Source: Phycisphaera mikurensis NBRC 102666 (GTDB taxonomy: Bacteria; Planctomycetota; Phycisphaerae; Phycisphaerales; Phycisphaeraceae). From it: 32,000 nt of DNA. The stretch is taken from assembly GCF_000284115.1 (NCBI RefSeq), contig NC_017080.1, positions 660,001 to 692,000 of the forward strand, read 5' to 3'. This document shows positions 18,022 through 24,193 of the stretch, in pieces; the stretch's first letter is position 1; the number at the start of each line of letters is the position of its first letter. The notes under the pieces are model-generated. The model made no database searches. It had not been told where the DNA came from and worked only from the letters and a program-made list of their open reading frames with translations. A program made the position numbers and the translations under genes.

Positions 18022-18676
18022 CGACGGCCCGAAGACCCGGCCGCAGGTGGCTCATCGACGCCGTCGATGTAGAAGCGGATTGCAACCGGAGCAGCCCGAG
18101 TCCGCGATTGAGCGTCGTTCCCCGTTCCCGCTTCTCCGTCCGCCTCAGCCGCCACATCCACGGAGTGGATGAGCCACCCGGTCAGGTGGCTCATCGACTC
18201 CGTCGATGTAGAAGCTGGTTGAACCCGAGACGGCCCGAAGCCGCAACCGGGTGGGGTTGCCGCTTCCAGCTCATCCGCGTCCCTAAGCCGCCACATCCAC
18301 GGAGTGGATGAGCCACCCGGCCAGGTGGCTCATCGACTCCGTCGATGTAGAAGCGGATTGCAACCGAGACGGCCCGAAGCCGCGACCGGGCGTGGTTCCC
18401 CGTTCCCGCTTCTCCGTCTGCCTGAGCCGCCACATCCACGGAGTGGATGAGCCACCCGGCCAGGTGGCTCATCGACTCCGTCGATGTAGAAGCTGGTTGA
18501 ACCCGAGACGGCCCGAAGCCGCGACCGGGCGTGGTTCCCCGTTCCCGCTTCTCCGTCTGCTTAAGCCGCCACATCCACGGAGTGGATGAGCCACCCGGCC
18601 GCAGGTGGCTCATCGACTCCGTCGATGTAGAAGCCGACTGCAACCGAAACGGCCCGAAGCCGCGACCGGGCGGGCG
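18022..18676. repeat. tandem array, 139-bp period: four full palindromic cores plus one 5'-truncated copy
   Basis: Core CATCCACGGAGTGGATGAGCCACCCGGYCAGGTGGCTCATCGACTCCGTCGATG at 18155-18208, 18294-18347, 18433-18486, 18572-18627 (2-nt insertion); right half only at 18046-18069. Confidence 0.95.
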
Positions 18677-18704
18677 TGGCACCCGGGAGGGTGCGAGCGT
18701 TTGG

Positions 18705-19703
18705 TTACTGCTGCTGCTGCATCTGCTGCGACTGGTAGCTGAAGGGCAGCGGCTCGTCGGGGATGCTCTGCGGCTTGTCCGGCGGGATCCAGCCCGAACG
18801 CGGCCGCGAAGAGGTCCGCGGGGTCTCGTGGAGCGACGCGACGTGGACGCTCACCCGCAGCGAGGAGGCGGCGCTCCCGCGGAAGACGCCCTTGGTCGGC
18901 GGGACGTCGGCGTAGTCGCGGCCGATGGCGGTGCGGATGTGGTGCGCGCCGCACGCGGTGCCGCTGGTGGGATCGAAGCCGGCCCAGCCGTAGCCGGGGA
19001 GGAAGCACTCGACCCAGGCGTGGGTCGCGGCGAGGTCCGCCACGTCCGCGGCGGCGGCCTCGCCGTGCAGGTAGCCCGAGACGTAGCGGCACGGCAGGCC
19101 GTGGTGGCGGGCGGCGGCGATGAGCACGTGGGCGAAGTCCTGGCACACGCCCGCGCGGCTCTCCAGCGCCTCGTCGATGGGCGAGTCGGCGGTGGTGCTG
19201 GCGGTGCGGTAGGTGAAGCCCTCGTGGACCGCGCGGCACAGCGTGGCGATCGCCTCCAGCGGCGACGCGGGCCGCGCCGGCAGAGCGCCGTCGGCGAAGG
19301 CCGTCAGCGCCGCGGTCCGGTGGGCGAAGTGGCTGCCCTGGAGCATGTCCCAGAGGAATTGCCCCTCGTTGTCCTCGCCGACGAGGCCGTGGAGCTTTTC
19401 CCACCCGAAGGCCTCGCCGCGGGCCTGCTCCTCCGAAGGCAGCGGCGTCGGCTCGTCCACCACGACGTGCGACTCCGCCTCGATCACCTGCTCGACGTGC
19501 ACATTGGGGAGCGTGAAGTGGTGCACGGCGTTGCCCAGCCAATCGGAGAACGTCTTCAGCTGCACGCGCGGGCTGACCCATAGGTCGAAGGCCCGCAGCC
19601 GCTGGTGCCACTCGTCCCGGGGCTTCATGCGGAGTTCCATGACGGACTCCCGGACGGGCTTGTCGTACGTGAACGTGTTCCGGTGGGTGATCGTGTATTG
19701 CAT
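18705..19703 (-). CDS. transglutaminase-like cysteine peptidase family protein
   Basis: MQYTITHRNTFTYDKPVRESVMELRMKPRDEWHQRLRAFDLWVSP...SRAGVCQDFAHVLIAAARHHGLPCRYVSGYLHG...ATHAWVECFLPGYGWAGFDPTSG. Confidence 0.92.
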   Translation of the reverse strand: MQYTITHRNTFTYDKPVRESVMELRMKPRDEWHQRLRAFDLWVSPRVQLKTFSDWLGNAVHHFTLPNVHVEQVIEAESHVVVDEPTPLPSEEQARGEAFGWEKLHGLVGEDNEGQFLWDMLQGSHFAHRTAALTAFADGALPARPASPLEAIATLCRAVHEGFTYRTASTTADSPIDEALESRAGVCQDFAHVLIAAARHHGLPCRYVSGYLHGEAAAADVADLAATHAWVECFLPGYGWAGFDPTSGTACGAHHIRTAIGRDYADVPPTKGVFRGSAASSLRVSVHVASLHETPRTSSRPRSGWIPPDKPQSIPDEPLPFSYQSQQMQQQQ

Positions 19704-19854
19704 GGGTCTCCGCTTCACGGGAGGGGTCGGGGGGGCGATCCGCTCGCCCCGGCGGCTCGGCTGCGCCTCCACCTGGGCGTGCCGCCGGCGGCGGGTGGGC
19801 GACCGGCCGCGGGCGCTCCGGGGCCCCGGCGGCCGCACCACCGGCGGCGTCGGG

Positions 19855-20841
19855 TCAAAGGACGCTCGCGATGGGGTAGGCGACGAAGCCCTGGAAGGTC
19901 CCGTCGACGACCTCGCGGGCGCGGGCATCGACCTCGTCGAGGAACGCCCCGAGGCCGCCCTCGACCAGGTCGCCGGGGTCGGTGAACTCGACGCGGCTCT
20001 TCAGGCGGCCGGCCGCCCGCAGCGGGCCGCCGGCGAGGCGGTCGCCGGCGGTCTCGGCGATGCGCTTGAGGTCGTAGTGGATCGCGTCGACCGTGTAGCG
20101 GATCGACCGGGGGAACCCGTTGTCGAGCGCCAGGAAGCCGACGACCTCGTCGAGGCCCGTGCCGGTGGGGTGCTGCGAGAGGAAGCTCTCGTAGGCGGAC
20201 ACGCACCGCATGAGCGTCACGCCGGTGAGGTGCCGGTCGGGCTCGAAGCCGGCGTCGGCGTCGGCCCCGAGCTCCTCGCCGAGGTCTCCGCCGCGGGGGT
20301 CGTTCATCGCGGGCCGGCACAGGTGCACGCGGAGCAGCCGGGTCAGCGCGTCGAGGCGTTCGAGGTGGCGGCCCAGCCGCAGGAAGAAGTAGGCCTCGTC
20401 GTGGCGGACGGTGGCGTCGGTGATGCCGGTGAAGAGGCGGACGCCCTCACGCACCCGCGCGAAGTAGTCGGAGTTGGTGCCCTCCCAGGCCTCCGCCGCC
20501 TCGGCCCGGAGCACGTCGAAGTAGAGCGCGTTGAGCTGCTCGAACATCTCCGTGGAGACCCGCTCGCGCACCTGCCGGGCCGACTCGCGGGCCGCCGAGA
20601 CCGAGGAGCGGACGCTGCAGGTCAGCTGCGGGTCGAAGCCGATGGCGGCGATCGCCGACGAAGACGAGAGCGGCTCGGGCAGCGGGCAGGCGAGGCTCTC
20701 CAGCAGCATGGCCCAGCGCCGGCGGCCGGCGCTGGTGTCGAGCATCGAGGCCATCTCGGTCTCGACCACGCGAGCGGCGTGCTCGGCGCGTTCGAGCTGG
20801 CGGCCCAGGTGAAGGAGTGTGTCGGCGACGCGTGAGAGCAT
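19855..20841 (-). CDS. alpha-E domain-containing protein
   Basis: MLSRVADTLLHLGRQLERAEHAARVVETEMASMLD...FLALDNGFPRSIRYTVDAIHYDLKRIA. Confidence 0.88.
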   Translation of the reverse strand: MLSRVADTLLHLGRQLERAEHAARVVETEMASMLDTSAGRRRWAMLLESLACPLPEPLSSSSAIAAIGFDPQLTCSVRSSVSAARESARQVRERVSTEMFEQLNALYFDVLRAEAAEAWEGTNSDYFARVREGVRLFTGITDATVRHDEAYFFLRLGRHLERLDALTRLLRVHLCRPAMNDPRGGDLGEELGADADAGFEPDRHLTGVTLMRCVSAYESFLSQHPTGTGLDEVVGFLALDNGFPRSIRYTVDAIHYDLKRIAETAGDRLAGGPLRAAGRLKSRVEFTDPGDLVEGGLGAFLDEVDARAREVVDGTFQGFVAYPIASVL

Positions 20842-20882
20842 GGCGAGGGTTCCGCTGGGCGGGTCGGGCCCCGGGTGTCTCG

Positions 20883-20923
20883 GGGCTCCGAGGCGGCAAC
20901 CGCCGCCTCGGCGTGAGGAGCCC
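20883..20923. other. intercistronic stem-loop
   Basis: GGGCT-CCGAGGCGGC-aacc-GCCGCCTCGG-cgtgagg-AGCCC; 10-bp inner stem plus 5-bp outer stem with a one-sided bulge. Confidence 0.5.
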
Positions 20924-20997
20924 GTCGGCTCCGCGGGGGGTCACCCCGGCGAGGGTTCGGGGTCCCGCCGGCCGTCGCCGCGGGATCGGTGGGGCCG

Positions 20998-22563
20998 CTA
21001 CTGCCGGTCCACGCCGATGGCGGCGGGCGGGGGAGCGTTGGCGGGCGTGGGCACGTCGCCCTCGAGCACCCAGGTGTCCTTGCTGCCGCCGCCCTGGCTG
21101 GAGTTGACGACGAGGCTGCCGCGGTGGAGCGCGACGCGGGTCAGGCCGCCGGGGGTGATCCGGGCCTTCTCGCCGTCGAAGAGGATGTACGGCCGCAGGT
21201 CGATGTGCCGGGGCTCGACCTGCGCCCGGCCCCGCTCTGCGGGTGGGGCGTCGCTCCCGGCGTCCGCGTCGATCAGGCAGGGGGCCCGGCTGAAGGACAG
21301 CGTCGGCTGGGCGATGTAGTTGCGGGGGTTGCTCCTGATGGCCGCGGCGAACTCGTCCTGCTGGGCCCGGGTCGAGTGCGGGCCGATGAGCATGCCGTAG
21401 CCGCCCGCCTCGCCCACGGCCTTGACCACGAGCTTGTCGAGATTCTCCAGCACGTGCTGCCGCTGGGCGGGCACGCTGCACAGGAAGGTTTCGATGTTGC
21501 GGAGCTTGGGCTCCTCGCCGAGGTAGTAACGGATGAGGTCGGGCACGTAGGCGTAGAGCGCCTTGTCGTCGGCGATGCCGTTGCCGATCGCGTTGCCGAT
21601 GCCCACGTTGCCCGCCCGGTACGCGTTGAAGAGGCCCGGCACGCCCAGCACCGAGTCGCGGCGGAAGGCCACCGGGTCGAGGAAGTCGTCGTCGATGCGG
21701 CGGTAGATGACGTCGACCCGCCGCAGGCCGCCGGTGGTCCGGGCGTAGACGACCTCGTCGTGCACGAGCAGGTCGCGCCCCTCCACCAGCAGCGCCCCCA
21801 TCTGGCGGGCCAGGAAGGTGTGCTCGAAGTAGGCCGAGTTGTAAACGCCCGGCGTGAGCACCACGACGCTGGGCTTGTCCACCGGCCGCGGGCACAGCGC
21901 CCGCATCGTGTCCATCAGCGACTGCGGGTACGCGTCCACCGCCCGCACCTCCTGGTCCTGGAACAGCCGCGGGAAGGTGCGCTTGGACACCTCGCGGTTC
22001 GCGAGCATGTAGGAGGCGCCCGAGGGCACGCGGAGGTTGTCCTCCAGCACCGCGTAGCTGCCGTCGGCGTCGCGGATGAGGTCGCTGCCGGCGATCGACA
22101 CGTAGACGTCGCGTGGCACCCGCATCCCGAGCATCTCGCGGCGGTAGTGCTTGCAGGAGAGCACCAGCTCGCGCGGCACCACGCGGTCGTCGAAGAGCTT
22201 CTGCTCGCCGTAGAGGTCTTCCAGGAACTTGTTGAGCGCGAGGATGCGCTGGCCGAGCCCGTCCTCGAGCCTCGCCCATTCGTCCGCCGCGATCACCCGC
22301 GGCAGCGGGTCGTACGGGAAGATCTTCTCGGTGCCCTCGCTCTGGCCGTACACCGTGAAGGTGATGCCCTGCGAGCGGAAGGACGCCTCGGCGGCGGCTT
22401 GGCGACGCGCGAGCTCTTCCGCCGACATGCCCGCGAGCCGCCCGTGCAGGCGGTCGTAGTGCGAGCGGGCCACGCCGGGCGACTCGAACATCTCGTCGTA
22501 GAACCCGCCGCCGAGGTCGTAGGCGTCGAAGGAGACCGGTTGTTCGCGGGCGGCGGGGGGCAT
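20998..22563 (-). CDS. circularly permuted ATP-grasp type 2 protein
   Basis: AYDLGGGFYDEMFESPGVARSHYDRLHGRLAGMSAEEL...FKVRRDVYVSIAGSDLIRD-like region; VLEDNLRVPSGASYMLANREVSKRTFP...LTPGVYNSAYFEHTFLARQMGALLVEGRDL...KAVGEAGGYGMLIGP. Confidence 0.9.
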   Translation of the reverse strand: MPPAAREQPVSFDAYDLGGGFYDEMFESPGVARSHYDRLHGRLAGMSAEELARRQAAAEASFRSQGITFTVYGQSEGTEKIFPYDPLPRVIAADEWARLEDGLGQRILALNKFLEDLYGEQKLFDDRVVPRELVLSCKHYRREMLGMRVPRDVYVSIAGSDLIRDADGSYAVLEDNLRVPSGASYMLANREVSKRTFPRLFQDQEVRAVDAYPQSLMDTMRALCPRPVDKPSVVVLTPGVYNSAYFEHTFLARQMGALLVEGRDLLVHDEVVYARTTGGLRRVDVIYRRIDDDFLDPVAFRRDSVLGVPGLFNAYRAGNVGIGNAIGNGIADDKALYAYVPDLIRYYLGEEPKLRNIETFLCSVPAQRQHVLENLDKLVVKAVGEAGGYGMLIGPHSTRAQQDEFAAAIRSNPRNYIAQPTLSFSRAPCLIDADAGSDAPPAERGRAQVEPRHIDLRPYILFDGEKARITPGGLTRVALHRGSLVVNSSQGGGSKDTWVLEGDVPTPANAPPPAAIGVDRQ

Positions 22564-22682
22564 GGCCGCTTCAACCTAACGCCTGACCCGGCCGCCCGGG
22601 GGAGGGAGAATCCTGATCGCGACGGAGCGGGGAGCCGGTGGGGCAAGCGGCACACGCCCGGAGGGCGGCCACCGGCCGGCTT

Positions 22683-22728
22683 CCGCGGACCGCCGAGCCC
22701 GAAGGCCCGGAGCGGCCGCGGTCCGCGG
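22683..22728. repeat. 46-bp dispersed inverted-repeat element, copy 4
   Basis: CCGCGGACCG 22683-22692, CGGTCCGCGG 22719-22728, 26-bp spacer; between GH125 stop and ATP-grasp start. Confidence 0.85.
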
Positions 22729-22804
22729 GATCGTCGGCGCGGGCGCCGGCCGGCCATCCGGCGACGCGGGCGCGTCCGACCCCGGCTCCGCGGGAGGCCG
22801 CCGG

Positions 22805-24193
22805 TCAGTCGCCACCGAAGCGACGCCAGACCAGCTCGGCGAAGAGGGCGTTGGGCCAGCAGAACCAGGGCCGGGTGAAGGCGGTCGCGTCGTCGCGGTG
22901 GAAGGTCTCGTGCATCACGAAGCGACCGGCGTGGGTGGAGCACAGCGTGGCGAGGTCCGCCTCGGCCTCGGCGGGATCGGCGGCGGTGAGCGCGTGGATC
23001 AGGATCGACATCGGCCAGAGGTTGGACCGGCCGACGTGCGGGCCGCCGATCGCCGCGGCCGCGGAGCCGGAAACGAAGTACGGGTTGTCGGGGCTCCACA
23101 GCAGAGCGCGGGTGCGGCGGTAGAGCGGGTCCTCCGGCGGGCAGAAGCCCAGGTACGGCAGCGCGAGCAGGCTCGGCACGTTCGCGTCGTCCATGAAGTA
23201 GGCGTTGCCGAAGCCATCGACCTCGTAGGCGAAGACGCGGCCGGCGGTGGGGTGCTCGGCGACGCCGTGGCGGAGGACGGCGTCGTGGATCTCGGCGCCG
23301 AGCGCGCGGCAGTCGGCGGCGAGGGCGGGGTCGAGCCGGAGCGCGCCCATCAGGTCGGCGACGCCGAGCAGGCCGACGGCGGCCATGGCGTTGGCGGCGA
23401 CGGGGAAGGGCAGCTGGGCGGCGTCGTCGCTGGGGCGGAAGGGGCTCTTGGAGAGGCCGCAGCGCCGGGCGGGCTGGCCGCGGCCGCGGAGGACCAGCGT
23501 GTCGATCGCGCGGGAGGTGACGCGCGAGAACGTGTAGGGCGGGCCGGCGGGATCGGCCTCTTCCTCGTCGCTGCCGGCCTGCTGGGCCCGGATCGTCTCG
23601 ACGGCCCGGCGCAGCGCCCCGAGCCAGCCGTCGCCGAAGGCGGCCGGGTCGCCGCCGGCTCCGTGGTAGCCGACGCTGAGGCGGAGGAAGGCGGCGAGCG
23701 TGTCGAGCTCGTGCTTCCGCTCGTGCAGCCCCGGACCCATCGCCGTGGCGTCGTCGGCGTGCACGCCGAAGCGCGGGTGGGCCCGGTCGGCGTCGCTCAC
23801 GCCGTTGACGAAGTCGTAGAAGGCGTTGGCGTAGGGGTCGAGCCGCAGGCACGCGGCGACGCGGTTCAGCACGCCCTCGACCACGCGGTGCGCCGCGTCG
23901 TCCTCGCGGATGAACGGCAGCAGCGGCCAGACGGAGGCGACGGCGTCGCGCGGCCACATCGCGGGGATGTCGCCGGTGATCACGAAGGCGTCGGGCCGGC
24001 CGTCGGCCTCGCCGAGCGTGACGGCGGTGTCCAGCGTCATCGGCAGCGCGTTCTCGAACACCGCCGCGACGGCCGGCTCCGCGGCGGCGTGGACCCGCTG
24101 GATCGCCGCCTCCACGGCGGGGCAGACGACGCGGCGCTCCCCGGCGGGCGGGCGGCGGTACGGCGTGGCGGTGGGGTCGAAGCGGGTCGTCAC
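22805..24193 (-). CDS. glycoside hydrolase family 125 (exo-alpha-1,6-mannosidase-like)
   Basis: AFVITGDIPAMWPRDAVASVWPLLPFIREDD...LDPYANAFYDF...ERKHELDTLAAFLRLSVGY...PFRPSDDAAQLPFPVAANAMA...GNAYFMDDANVPSLLALPYLGF. GTG start. Confidence 0.85.
   Translation of the reverse strand: MTTRFDPTATPYRRPPAGERRVVCPAVEAAIQRVHAAAEPAVAAVFENALPMTLDTAVTLGEADGRPDAFVITGDIPAMWPRDAVASVWPLLPFIREDDAAHRVVEGVLNRVAACLRLDPYANAFYDFVNGVSDADRAHPRFGVHADDATAMGPGLHERKHELDTLAAFLRLSVGYHGAGGDPAAFGDGWLGALRRAVETIRAQQAGSDEEEADPAGPPYTFSRVTSRAIDTLVLRGRGQPARRCGLSKSPFRPSDDAAQLPFPVAANAMAAVGLLGVADLMGALRLDPALAADCRALGAEIHDAVLRHGVAEHPTAGRVFAYEVDGFGNAYFMDDANVPSLLALPYLGFCPPEDPLYRRTRALLWSPDNPYFVSGSAAAAIGGPHVGRSNLWPMSILIHALTAADPAEAEADLATLCSTHAGRFVMHETFHRDDATAFTRPWFCWPNALFAELVWRRFGGD

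Noticed and set aside
18022-18676. CRISPR array
   Set aside because: The 139-bp unit is repetitive throughout, with no short direct repeats separated by unique spacers and no cas genes.
18022-18676. Retron msr-msd or integron attC array
   Set aside because: No reverse transcriptase or integrase in the window and no cassette ORFs between the palindromes.
18191-18682. ORFs through the 139-bp array with repeated MSHLAGWLIHSVDVAA-like peptides on both strands
   Set aside because: The period of 139 is not divisible by 3, so each copy shifts frame. Similar peptides on both strands come from the palindrome.
20989-22878. 629-aa plus-strand ORF opposite the ATP-grasp gene
   Set aside because: Same shadow effect; composition lacks any recognisable family and the minus strand has clear ATP-grasp motifs.
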